Shown here in pieces: positions 32,341 through 41,931 of a stretch of DNA of 64,000 nt; positions within the stretch are counted from its first letter, which is position 1; every line of letters begins with the position of its first letter. Origin of the DNA: Flavobacteriales bacterium (GTDB lineage: Bacteria > Bacteroidota > Bacteroidia > Flavobacteriales_D > CAJJDF01); assembly GCA_965657945.1 (NCBI GenBank), contig CBFHPW010000002.1, positions 5,074-69,073 of the forward strand, written 5' to 3'. Under the pieces are notes generated by a model, which worked only from the letters and a program-made list of their open reading frames with translations, did no database searches and had not been told where the DNA came from. The position numbers were made by a program, and so were the translations under genes.

Positions 32341-33630
32341 ATGGAATTAGTAGTAGTCGTAATATTTATATTGGGTTATTTAGCCATTACCCTTGAACAC
32401 AATTTAAAAATTGACAAACTTGTACCCGCACTTCTCATGATGGGAGCTGCCTGGGCAGTTGTGGCCGTTTCTCACCTTCCTGTATTTGAAATTACAGAAC
32501 ATGGAAAAGAAGCTTCAAGCATGGAGGCCGTATTGCTTCATCACTTTGGAAAAACGTGTGAAATCCTGATTTTCTTAATTGGAGCCATGACTATTGTAGA
32601 AATCATAGATTATTTTGATGGATTTGCTACCATAAAAAAATTCATCAAAACAAACAAAAAAAGAACACTTCTTTGGATCGTTGCTATCCTCGCATTTATT
32701 CTTTCGGCCATCATTGATAACCTAACGGCTACGATTGTATTGATAACAATATTGAGAAAACTTGTCACAAGCAAGGAGGACAGAATGTGGTTTGCTGGCA
32801 TGATTATCATTACAGCCAACGCAGGAGGTGCTTGGTCTCCTATCGGAGATGTAACCACTACAATGCTTTGGATGGGAGAAAAAGTTACCACTCTCCATTT
32901 AATCGAATACTTGATATTGCCTTCTTTGGCATGTATGGCTTTACCAACTTTAATCGCTAGTTATTTACCTGCATTCAAGGGAGAATTTGAAGCGCCAGCT
33001 GCCGAAGGTGACACGAACAAATATGGAGCTAGAATGTTGTATATCGGTTTACTTTTGATCGTTGCAGTACCTGTTTTTAAAACTCTGACTCACCTTCCAC
33101 CCTACATGGGAATGATGCTCTCATTAGGAATCTTCACCATTTTTGCTGAATATTTTAGTAGCCGTAACTTTAGTCATGGTGCTATTGAAAGTCATCACAG
33201 CCCCGTTCACAAAGCGTTAGGAAAAATAGAAATGCCTAGTTTATTGTTTTTCTTGGGAATATTGATGACTGTAGCAGCCTTAGAATCGCTGGGAATGATT
33301 TTGGACTTTGGAGATAATGTAGTGAAAAGCATTGGAATCAATCCATTTATATTAATCTTAGGAGGAGCCTCTGCGATTGTAGACAATGTTCCATTAGTTG
33401 CGGCAAGTATGGGAATGTTCCCAAACATGATAACAGACGCACCAGAGTGGCACCTTATTGCCTATGCTGCAGGAACTGGAGGAAGTATGCTTATCATTGG
33501 ATCTGCCGCAGGAGTAGTAGCCATGGGAATGGAAAAAATCTCATTCTTCTGGTACTTACAAAAAATCGCTTGGTTAGCCTTAGTAGGCTACTTAGCAGGT
33601 ATCGGAGTCTTTTATTTGATGCATTTGTAA
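32341..33630 (+). CDS. nhaD: Na+/H+ antiporter NhaD / ArsB-like ion transporter
   Basis: 429 aa polytopic membrane protein with SAIIDNLTAT and SAIVDNVPLVAA motif pairs, typical of the NhaD family. Confidence 0.75.
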   Translation: MELVVVVIFILGYLAITLEHNLKIDKLVPALLMMGAAWAVVAVSHLPVFEITEHGKEASSMEAVLLHHFGKTCEILIFLIGAMTIVEIIDYFDGFATIKKFIKTNKKRTLLWIVAILAFILSAIIDNLTATIVLITILRKLVTSKEDRMWFAGMIIITANAGGAWSPIGDVTTTMLWMGEKVTTLHLIEYLILPSLACMALPTLIASYLPAFKGEFEAPAAEGDTNKYGARMLYIGLLLIVAVPVFKTLTHLPPYMGMMLSLGIFTIFAEYFSSRNFSHGAIESHHSPVHKALGKIEMPSLLFFLGILMTVAALESLGMILDFGDNVVKSIGINPFILILGGASAIVDNVPLVAASMGMFPNMITDAPEWHLIAYAAGTGGSMLIIGSAAGVVAMGMEKISFFWYLQKIAWLALVGYLAGIGVFYLMHL

Positions 33631-33890
33631 CCATCAGAACTAACTTTTCCTAATCCAAATTATAACTCTATTAATTGATTTTCTCATTTTCTAGTCAATC
33701 AGCTATTGGCAGAGGTTGGCCTGTTAGAACATAGTTAAAACTAAAGGTATGAACCTTCCTATCAATGCTTTAGAGCCTATTTCTAGGAGAAAGATCACGC
33801 ACCGAAATTATCTTGAAAGAAGAAAAATGCATGGGGCTTTCAGCGAAGTATCTATCTCGTTAAACCAGCCAAGGAAAGGACCATCAAAAC

Positions 33891-33927
33891 AAAAAAAGAC
33901 CTTTTGCATACACAAAAGGTCTTTTTA
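33891..33927. terminator. Bidirectional intrinsic terminator between nhaD and dnaA
   Basis: Stem gaccttttg / caaaaggtc flanked by an A7 run on the left and a T5 run on the right. Confidence 0.8.
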
Positions 33928-33952
33928 CTATTTCAATTTCTATCTATCTTTT

Positions 33953-35383
33953 TTAAGATAAGTTCAGTTTCTTGTCTAAATCTGTAATATATTTTCTAAA
34001 ATGTTTGTCGGTATCTTGAAGATTGTTGACAGTCTTACAGGCATGCAATACTGTGGCATGATCTTTTCCTCCACATTGCATCCCAATACTTGCCAATGAC
34101 GATTTGGTCAATTTCTTGGAGAAATACATAGAAATCTGTCTTGCTTGAACGATTTCTCGCTTTCTCGTTTTAGATTTCATAAGTTCTACAGGCATATTAA
34201 AATAATCTGAAACAACTTTTTGAATGTAATCGATAGAAACTTCTCTTGCCGTGTTTTTAACGAACTTATCAATCATTTGTTTGGCCAAATCAAGCGTTAC
34301 CGCTTTTTTGTTCAATGAAGACTGTGCAATCAGTGATATCAAAGCACCTTCTAATTCCCTCACGTTGGTTGTAATACTGTATGCCAAGTATTCAATTACA
34401 TCTTCTGGAAGTTCAATCCCATCTTGGTACATTTTCTTTTTCAGAATCGCTATCCTTGTTTCTAGATCTGGCGACTGCAAATCTGCTGAAAGCCCCCATT
34501 TGAAGCGTGAAAGCAATCTTTGCTCAACACCTTGCATGTCAACCGGTGCCTTGTCTGAGGTGAGAATAATTTGTTTACCCGTTTGGTGAAGGTGATTGAA
34601 GATATGGAAGAAAACATCCTGGGTCTTTTCTTTGCCTGCCAAAAACTGAATGTCGTCAATAATCAAGACATCAATCATTTGATAAAAATGAATAAAGTCA
34701 TTGGTTTCGTTGTTCTTTACAGCATCAATAAATTGGTGGGTAAATCTTTCTGAAGAAACGTACAACACGATTTTCTCCGGATTATTATTTTTTATTTCAA
34801 TTCCTATGGAATGAGCCAAATGAGTTTTACCCAAACCAACTCCTCCGTAAAGTAACAATGGATTAAAAGAAGTTCCTCCTGGTTTGCTAGCTACCGCATA
34901 TCCTGCAGAACGAGCTAATCTGTTACATTCTCCTTCAATGAAGTTTTCAAAAGTGTAAGAAGAATTAAGGTTTGCATCTACGTTAATTTTCTTCAGGCCT
35001 GGAATAACAAATGGATTCCGTATCGCACTTTTGTTCACATTCAACGGAACATTGATTGATTTATTCTTTAATGAATTGTTTGTTTTTGCTGGGAAATTTA
35101 CCGTGTAGGGTTTTGCATTTTTCTGGTTTTTATCCATTACTATGCTGTACTCCAGTCTTCCTTCCTGACCTATTACTCTTTTTATTGTTTTTTTTAACAA
35201 TGAAATGTAATGCTCCTCTAACCATTCGTAAAAGAAATGGGTTGGAACTTGAATAGTCAACACATCGCTTTTCAATTTTACCGGCACTATTGGTTCAAAC
35301 CAAGTCTTGTATCCTTGTAGACTAATATTGTCCTTGATTACGCTAAGACAATCTTCCCAAACAGTTACATGGTTTTTTTTCAT
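33953..35383 (-). CDS. dnaA: Chromosomal replication initiator protein DnaA
   Basis: 476 aa with FENFIEG, Walker A GGVGLGKTHL, IIDDIQFL and a C-terminal DNA-binding KDHATVLHA. Confidence 0.95.
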   Translation of the reverse strand: MKKNHVTVWEDCLSVIKDNISLQGYKTWFEPIVPVKLKSDVLTIQVPTHFFYEWLEEHYISLLKKTIKRVIGQEGRLEYSIVMDKNQKNAKPYTVNFPAKTNNSLKNKSINVPLNVNKSAIRNPFVIPGLKKINVDANLNSSYTFENFIEGECNRLARSAGYAVASKPGGTSFNPLLLYGGVGLGKTHLAHSIGIEIKNNNPEKIVLYVSSERFTHQFIDAVKNNETNDFIHFYQMIDVLIIDDIQFLAGKEKTQDVFFHIFNHLHQTGKQIILTSDKAPVDMQGVEQRLLSRFKWGLSADLQSPDLETRIAILKKKMYQDGIELPEDVIEYLAYSITTNVRELEGALISLIAQSSLNKKAVTLDLAKQMIDKFVKNTAREVSIDYIQKVVSDYFNMPVELMKSKTRKREIVQARQISMYFSKKLTKSSLASIGMQCGGKDHATVLHACKTVNNLQDTDKHFRKYITDLDKKLNLS

Positions 35384-35587
35384 AGTAGTTATTCCTCTAA
35401 AAAAGTTATCGTTTTATTTAAAAAAATGTCTTGAGTTTCAAAAACAGCTATTAAAATGTGAACCATTTTAACATTTTCGTTGGAGTTTAAAACCCCCTCT
35501 ATAAGACTTAACAAATATTGACAAAAAAAAGTTTAAAACAAAATCGTTTTGCTATTGCGTAGTAACTTTTTTTTTAGGGTGTCGGTT

Positions 35588-36520
35588 TTATTTTATCTCA
35601 ATAAATCCTTTATTCGTTTCTATCAAATTTAGTCTTTTTTTCGACAACAAACTAAAATAAAAATCAACCTTTCCCAAATGAATACCTGCCCAACCTACTT
35701 GATTGATTAAAACCTCCTTTCCTTTGCTATTACTGGTAATTTCAGCTCTTTCCATAAAGGTGTGAGTGTGACCTCCTAGAATCAAATCTATTCCAGAAGT
35801 TCGTTTCGCTAATTGTACATCAGATACTTTCTCACTGTCATAATTATACCCCAAGTGAGAAAGGCAAATTACTAAATCACAACCGTGCTCATGTCGTAAT
35901 AATGTAGCATACTCGTTAGCGACTTTAACTGGGTTTTTATAAACAGTTTTTCCGAACAGCTTTTTATCAACTAATCCATCCAATTCAATTCCTAGACCAA
36001 AAACACCAATTTTCACTCCTTCTTTCTTAAAAATCTTGAAAGGCAAAGTTTGATTATGAAGAATCGTATCCGAAAAATCGTAATTACTACAAATAAATGG
36101 AAAATTTGCATGTTTTTTTACCGCTAAAAAACCATCCATTCCATTATCAAAGTCGTGATTCCCCATAGTAGCCGCATCGTAGCCCATTTTACTCATTAAT
36201 TTCAACTCGAGCTCTCCATCGTATAAATTAAAGTAGGGTGTACCCTGAAATATATCGCCACAATCAAACAACAAAGTATTTTTATTCTCTTTGCGATGTT
36301 TTTGAATAATCGTATACCTGTTTTGAACACCTCCTTTTCCTGGATATCTTTTGTGATTATCTGGAAATGGATCAATGTGACTATGCACATCATTTGTGTG
36401 TAAAATACTAATTTTCACAGCCTCTCCGCTTTCGAGCATATCACCTAAAACAGAATGTGTGAGTGGTGCAACTCCTGCCGCTATGAGCGAACGTTGTAAA
36501 AACTTCCTCCTAGTTAGCAT
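35588..36520 (-). CDS. Metallophosphoesterase (5'-nucleotidase N-terminal catalytic half) with Tat signal
   Basis: 310 aa with the twin-arginine motif TRRKFLQRS. Motifs ILHTNDVHSH, GDIFQG, GNHDFD and GGHTH are calcineurin-like. Confidence 0.8.
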   Translation of the reverse strand: MLTRRKFLQRSLIAAGVAPLTHSVLGDMLESGEAVKISILHTNDVHSHIDPFPDNHKRYPGKGGVQNRYTIIQKHRKENKNTLLFDCGDIFQGTPYFNLYDGELELKLMSKMGYDAATMGNHDFDNGMDGFLAVKKHANFPFICSNYDFSDTILHNQTLPFKIFKKEGVKIGVFGLGIELDGLVDKKLFGKTVYKNPVKVANEYATLLRHEHGCDLVICLSHLGYNYDSEKVSDVQLAKRTSGIDLILGGHTHTFMERAEITSNSKGKEVLINQVGWAGIHLGKVDFYFSLLSKKRLNLIETNKGFIEIK

Positions 36521-37286
36521 AGCGTATTCTTTTATCTAGATTAGCAGTAATTTTCTTGTCTTTTTCACTGAGGTCTTTCATCTCTTCCAAGATGGCATCT
36601 CTCAATTTTAAGTTGAGTTTTTCTACTTTGAGTGAGGAAAGAAAGAAACTCATGTTGTCGCCTCCATTTGCCAAATAATCTGTAGTAATTACTTTATATG
36701 TTCTTCCTTTCAGCCTACTGTCATCTACTAACACCTCAATAGGAGTTTTGTCCAAAATCTCTACCATCACATTCCCAGAAACAGGTACCCCTTGTTTACG
36801 GCTGCCATTTTTTACGGTTTTGACTGCGATATATTCAAATAATTGAACTGTTTGTTCTACTGAAAGTGTCACAACCACGAGTTCATTTTCAAAAGGCATA
36901 ATTTCAAACACTTTTCCTCGGGTTATTGCTCCTTTGGGCATAAAAGTTCTAAATCCACCGTTGTTCAGCAACACAAAATCTGCTGTATCTGAATACTGTT
37001 TCCCATACTTTTCATTTCCAAGTCGTAAGCATAAGTCACAAATAAAATTACCCAGAGTTCCTTCGGGACTTCCGGTAGTCAATTCTTTTTCTGATTCACC
37101 TATTACGGTATTCATGGTTTTTTCTAATTCCTCTTTGTACGGGGCAATTATCTTTTCTGCCTCTCGGTTTTCACTATGTTGGTTTACAACAGGGTAGTTT
37201 TCACTTTGCTTGTGCGAAATTACATGGCTTTTACATCCCGCCAAGAGCAAGATAAAAAGTAAATAAATGTACCGTAATTTTTTCAT
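36510..37286 (-). CDS. 5'-nucleotidase C-terminal (substrate-binding) domain lipoprotein
   Basis: 258 aa with the lipobox LLAGCKS. GNFICD, LLNNGGFR and TTDYLANGGD are 5'-nucleotidase_C-like. It overlaps the downstream gene by 11 nt. Confidence 0.75.
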   Translation of the reverse strand: MKKLRYIYLLFILLLAGCKSHVISHKQSENYPVVNQHSENREAEKIIAPYKEELEKTMNTVIGESEKELTTGSPEGTLGNFICDLCLRLGNEKYGKQYSDTADFVLLNNGGFRTFMPKGAITRGKVFEIMPFENELVVVTLSVEQTVQLFEYIAVKTVKNGSRKQGVPVSGNVMVEILDKTPIEVLVDDSRLKGRTYKVITTDYLANGGDNMSFFLSSLKVEKLNLKLRDAILEEMKDLSEKDKKITANLDKRIRYAN

Positions 37287-39259
37287 TAATACTCTATTAG
37301 TTGCACAAGCGTGTACTGAAGCTCATCCAATGGAAAAAAGTTTTGCTCTAGCTCAGCGGCAAAAGGAACAGGTGTATCAAGACTCCCAATTCTTTTGACC
37401 GGAGCATCCAAACTTTCAAAGCAGTTTTCGTTGATCAGTGTTGCAATTTCGGCACCAACACCACCAGTTGTATTCGCTTCGTGCAATACAATTACCCGAT
37501 TCGTTTTATTAACCGACTCGAAAATTGTTTCAGTGTCGAGCGGACTAAGTGTGCGTAAATCAACAATTTCAATCGAAATTTCTGGATTTTTTTCTTGTAA
37601 ACTTTCTGCCCATTTTACTCCTAAACCGTAAGTTATGATGGTTATATCTTTTCCCTCCTTCACTACATTTGCTTTTCCAATTTCGATGGTAAAGTAGCCT
37701 TCCTCCACTTCTTCAGAAATGGATCGGTACAAGCCTTTATGCTCAAAAAACATAACTGGATTTGGATCTTCAAATGCGGCTAGCAACAAACCTTTTGCTT
37801 CTTTTGGAGAGGACGGATAAACGATTTTCAACCCAGGTGTATGAAAAAACCAGCCTTCGGTACTTTGCGAGTGGAATGGACCTGCGGCCACTCCTGCTCC
37901 AGTTGGCATTCGAACCACCACATCCGCATTCTGACCCCAGCGATAATGAATTTTAGCAAGATTATTTACAATTTGGTTGAATCCAACAGTCACAAAATCG
38001 GAAAACTGCATTTCCATCATCGCCTTGAAACCATTAATTGATAAACCGAGGGCAGCTCCCACTATGGCCGATTCGCACAATGGAGTGTTTCTTACTCTTT
38101 CTTTACCAAATTCTTCCAAAAAACCTTCTGTCGCCTTGAACACGCCTCCGTAATCCGCAATATCTTGGCCCATCAACACCAACTTTTCATGTTTTCGCAT
38201 GGCTAATCTCATCGCATCAGAAACGGCATCAATCAACCTCATTTCTCTTGTACTTCCTTCGGGATTTACAGCGTGAAAATTTACTGGCGCAAACATATCT
38301 GTAAGCTCTAATTGGGTGTTTGGGCTGATTTTTTCAGTCTCGGTTGCTTTCTTAAAGCCTGCCGTAACTTCATTGGTGATCTCTTTCTTTATTTGTTCAA
38401 TAAATTCTTTGTCAATCAATCCATTTTGGAGCAGGTACGATTCGTAATTTGCGACCGGGTCCTTCTCCTCCCACTTTTCTATCAATCCTTCTGGGTAGTA
38501 TTTCGTTCCCGATGCTTCTTCGTGCCCTCTTCTTCTGAATGTCATGCATTCAACCAAAACGGGACGCGGGTTGTTACTAATATCTTGTTTTATTTTCGAA
38601 ATAGCCTCGTACACCTCAATGATATTGTTTCCATCGAGTTGAATTGCTTCCATTCCGTAACCTATTCCTTTGTCAATAAATTGCTTACAAGCAAACTGCT
38701 GATTAGAAGGTGTCGACAAACCCCACTGGTTGTTTTCGATTACAAAAATCACCGGTAACTTCCATACCGCAGCAACATTTAATGCTTCGTGAAAATCTCC
38801 TTCACTTGCGCCTCCATCGCCAGAGAACACCAGAGTGGCTTTTTTGTTCCCTTCCAGTAAATTTCCGAGTGCTATTCCGTCAGCAATACCCAATTGAGGA
38901 CCAAGATGAGAAATCATCCCAACCAAATGGTGCGCTTTGGACCCAAAATGAAAAGATCGGTCTCTCCCTTTGGTAAATCCTCCATTTTTTCCTTGAAACT
39001 GCAAAAACAGCTGTTCAAACTCAATATTTCTTGCCGTAAACACTCCCAGATTTCTGTGCATAGGAAGGATAAATTCTTCTTCATCCATAGCGAGTGTGCA
39101 CCCCACCGAAATTGCCTCTTGACCAATTCCAGAAAACCATTTAGATATTTTTCCTTGTCGCAAATAAATCAACATTTTCTCCTCAATCATACGAGGTGTA
39201 ATAAGAGATCTGTAAAGCTTTAGCTGCGTTTCTTTGGGTAGGCTATTTGTGAAATCCAT
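37286..39259 (-). CDS. Fused E1 alpha+beta subunit of a 2-oxoacid (branched-chain type) dehydrogenase, TPP-dependent
   Basis: The N-terminal half is E1-alpha-like (GDGGASEGDFHEALN), and the C-terminal half is E1-beta-like (transketolase Pyr and C-terminal domains). The ATG at 39259 (MDFTNSL...) is preferred over the track start at 39334. Confidence 0.8.
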   Translation of the reverse strand: MDFTNSLPKETQLKLYRSLITPRMIEEKMLIYLRQGKISKWFSGIGQEAISVGCTLAMDEEEFILPMHRNLGVFTARNIEFEQLFLQFQGKNGGFTKGRDRSFHFGSKAHHLVGMISHLGPQLGIADGIALGNLLEGNKKATLVFSGDGGASEGDFHEALNVAAVWKLPVIFVIENNQWGLSTPSNQQFACKQFIDKGIGYGMEAIQLDGNNIIEVYEAISKIKQDISNNPRPVLVECMTFRRRGHEEASGTKYYPEGLIEKWEEKDPVANYESYLLQNGLIDKEFIEQIKKEITNEVTAGFKKATETEKISPNTQLELTDMFAPVNFHAVNPEGSTREMRLIDAVSDAMRLAMRKHEKLVLMGQDIADYGGVFKATEGFLEEFGKERVRNTPLCESAIVGAALGLSINGFKAMMEMQFSDFVTVGFNQIVNNLAKIHYRWGQNADVVVRMPTGAGVAAGPFHSQSTEGWFFHTPGLKIVYPSSPKEAKGLLLAAFEDPNPVMFFEHKGLYRSISEEVEEGYFTIEIGKANVVKEGKDITIITYGLGVKWAESLQEKNPEISIEIVDLRTLSPLDTETIFESVNKTNRVIVLHEANTTGGVGAEIATLINENCFESLDAPVKRIGSLDTPVPFAAELEQNFFPLDELQYTLVQLIEY

Positions 39260-39376
39260 AAATTGTTTAATAATTATCAAAGTTAAAAGGCTTTGTGAAA
39301 AAAGGCGATTAATTAAAGAAAAATATTGACTCAACTTGCAAATTCTTGTACTTTTAAATCTGACCTAAATTTGATC

Positions 39377-39721
39377 ATGACACCTCTTCAAGAATTTTAT
39401 GAATCTTTTGCAGAACCAAACAAAAGCTGCTTTTTGTTTTTACGACAATTCATTTTAAACAAAACTGAATTGATGGATGAAAAATATAAATGGAAGCTTC
39501 CTTTTTTTTATTACAAGGACAAACCATTTTGTTATCTTTGGATAAACAAAAAAACCAACATGCCTTACATTTGTTTTGTAAGAAGTTTACACATCGAACG
39601 ACCTGAATTAAAACTAGGCGACAGGAAACAAATGAAAGCCTTGACGATTGACCCAATCAAAGACATTAACACGGAGCTTCTTGCCAAAATAATGGCAGAA
39701 TCCATGGATAAATTCAATTAA
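39377..39721 (+). CDS. DUF1801 (YdhG-like) domain protein
   Basis: 114 aa from the ATG at 39377. General resemblance only. Confidence 0.45.
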   Translation: MTPLQEFYESFAEPNKSCFLFLRQFILNKTELMDEKYKWKLPFFYYKDKPFCYLWINKKTNMPYICFVRSLHIERPELKLGDRKQMKALTIDPIKDINTELLAKIMAESMDKFN

Positions 39722-39739
39722 TAATCAACACACACCCTA

Positions 39740-41296
39740 TTGAAAACATCTGCTCACAAAATTCCTTTCAAAGAAACTCACCTGTTATCTCAAACAGCAA
39801 AAGATTATTTGTACGAACCAGAAAAACTTTCTCAATTCATAGCTAGAGAGCCAAGCCAGGAAAATTTTGGAAAAAGCATTGAGAACAGAACCGAAATCAA
39901 CAGAAAAGTGTTGGTGGAAGAATTATTGAAGCAAAATAAAAATTCTCATCCAGCTTCCCTTGCGAATATTGAGCTATTACAAAACAAAAACACCTTCACC
40001 GTAACCACGGGGCATCAAATCTGTTTGTTTACCGGACCATTATATTCTTTGTATAAAATCATTTCAACGATCAAACTTACCGACAAGTTGAAAGCTGATT
40101 TCCCAGAAAAAAACTTTGTTCCAGTTTTTTGGATGGCAACCGAAGATCACGATTTTGAGGAAATAAACCACTTATTTTTGGGCGAAGAGAAATTAACGTG
40201 GAACTCGAATCAAAAAGGACCTGTGGGGCGCTTTTCTACAGACGACATGACTAATTTTTTGGAAGAATTAAACTTGGCCAACCAGAGTGACTTAACCCGA
40301 GTTCTTTCCTCGTTTTATAGAACTTCCAAAAATTTGGCCGAAGCTCACAACAGAGTTATCAACCATTTATTCGGGGAATACGGAATTGTGATTCTCGATG
40401 CAGATTCAAAAGAATTAAAAAGAGAAATGATTCCTGTATTTGCTCAAGAGTTAACCGAGAGAAAGTCAGAGAAAATCGTATTGAAACAAAGCGAAGAATT
40501 GGAAGCTTTGGGATACAAGCAACAAGTTACACCTAGAGAAATCAATTTATTTTACCAAAAAGACGGGTTGAGAGAACGAATAGTGTTCGAAAACAGCACT
40601 TACAAAGTGTTAAATACAGAGTTTACTTTTACCAGAGAAGAAGTATTGGTTGAATTAGAAAATCACCCGGAACGATTTAGTCCAAATGTGGTGATGCGAC
40701 CCATGTACCAAGAAAAAATACTTCCAAACATAGGGTATATTGGTGGACCGGGAGAATTGGCTTATTGGCTGCAGTTGAAAAGTGCTTTTGATAATTACAA
40801 CCTCGACTTCCCGCTACTCATTCTTAGAAATTCAGCTTTGTTAATCCCCTCGAATATAGTACGAAAAATGAGCAAACTTCCTTTTGAACTTCCGCAATAT
40901 TTCAGCGAGACAGATTCCTTAATAAAAAACTTCGTTGAGGACAATACAAACATTGATTTGGAGCCAGAAATTGCTGAAATTGAAAAAATATTTAAACTAA
41001 CCAAAGAGAAAGTAGGTGAAATCGATTTTACATTGGAAAAGACCGTGATTGCTGAATTAAAAAGAGCGCAAAATTCAATGGAAAAAATCCATAAAAAGAC
41101 GTTGAAAGCAGAAAAAAACAACCATTCTGTGGCTATTGAGCGAATTAAGAAAATTAGAAAATCGTTTTTTCCATTAGGTACTTTTCAGGAACGAAAAAGT
41201 AATGTGCTCGAGTTCTATGAAGAAGATTTAATCAAAAAAATTCACTGCAATTTGATTCCTTTGGAAGATAACCTTACCTTAATCGACTTAAACTAA
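39740..41296 (+). CDS. bshC: Bacillithiol biosynthesis cysteine-adding enzyme BshC
   Basis: 518 aa. TGHQICLFTGPLYSLYKI, PVFWMATEDHDFEEINH and IGYIGGPGELAYWLQL are BshC (UPF0747) hallmarks. TTG start. Confidence 0.8.
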   Translation: MKTSAHKIPFKETHLLSQTAKDYLYEPEKLSQFIAREPSQENFGKSIENRTEINRKVLVEELLKQNKNSHPASLANIELLQNKNTFTVTTGHQICLFTGPLYSLYKIISTIKLTDKLKADFPEKNFVPVFWMATEDHDFEEINHLFLGEEKLTWNSNQKGPVGRFSTDDMTNFLEELNLANQSDLTRVLSSFYRTSKNLAEAHNRVINHLFGEYGIVILDADSKELKREMIPVFAQELTERKSEKIVLKQSEELEALGYKQQVTPREINLFYQKDGLRERIVFENSTYKVLNTEFTFTREEVLVELENHPERFSPNVVMRPMYQEKILPNIGYIGGPGELAYWLQLKSAFDNYNLDFPLLILRNSALLIPSNIVRKMSKLPFELPQYFSETDSLIKNFVEDNTNIDLEPEIAEIEKIFKLTKEKVGEIDFTLEKTVIAELKRAQNSMEKIHKKTLKAEKNNHSVAIERIKKIRKSFFPLGTFQERKSNVLEFYEEDLIKKIHCNLIPLEDNLTLIDLN

Positions 41297-41307
41297 CCGA
41301 GCTATTC

Positions 41308-41856
41308 GTGAGAACCAACAAATTACTATTAAAATACATCGAACTTTCTGACCTGAAAGAGAAATTGCTAATTTCTATTTCTGAAAACACCACGGAAGAA
41401 TTAAACACTAAACCCTCAGAAAATGAATGGTCCATTTCTCAAGTGATTGAACATTTGATCGACTCAGAAACCGGCATCAATAAATACATAAACTTTCGGT
41501 TAAAAAACATAGCCGAACAACCCACTGTAGGTTTGGCGAATTTTTTAAAAAGTAAAGTCCTCAACAACAAATTGCAATCAAACAAAAAATTCAAAGTACC
41601 CGCTGTATTTTCCGAACCCGAAAAAGGAGCTGATTATGCGCAGCTTAAAGAAAAGTGGGATAATTCTCGCATGTTTCTTATCAAGACGGTAGAAACTTAC
41701 CCGAAAGAATACCTGAACAAAGCAGTTTTTCTACATCCAAGAGCGGGATTATTGAGCATGAACCAAACATTGTCTTTTTTTATCAATCACCTCAATCATC
41801 ACATACCTCAGGTACAAAATCTGCAATCATTGATTGATAATAAAAAAAGAAGGTAA
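41308..41856 (+). CDS. DinB-family protein
   Basis: 182 aa with WSISQVIEHL and a C-terminal HxxHH (NHLNHHIPQ), consistent with the DinB/YfiT metal triad. Confidence 0.7.
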   Translation: MRTNKLLLKYIELSDLKEKLLISISENTTEELNTKPSENEWSISQVIEHLIDSETGINKYINFRLKNIAEQPTVGLANFLKSKVLNNKLQSNKKFKVPAVFSEPEKGADYAQLKEKWDNSRMFLIKTVETYPKEYLNKAVFLHPRAGLLSMNQTLSFFINHLNHHIPQVQNLQSLIDNKKRR

Positions 41857-41931
41857 CCGTTCTACCTTATCTTTCAAAGAATTTGAAAGAATCTGACTTT
41901 TACTTCAGACATTTTATTACTTTTGAATTCG

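Noticed and set aside
33749-33961. 70-aa plus-strand ORF
   Set aside because: It reads straight through the bidirectional terminator hairpin into the dnaA 3' end and has no motif.
35384-35587. oriC adjacent to dnaA
   Set aside because: I found no cluster of TTATCCACA/TGTGGATAA boxes here. Only isolated one-mismatch matches occur elsewhere, for example taatccaca at about 30093 and ctatccaca inside fadH at about 21535. I therefore cannot support an origin call from this window.
38312-39223. Several 88-148-aa plus-strand ORFs
   Set aside because: All are antisense within the fused E1 alpha/beta dehydrogenase gene.
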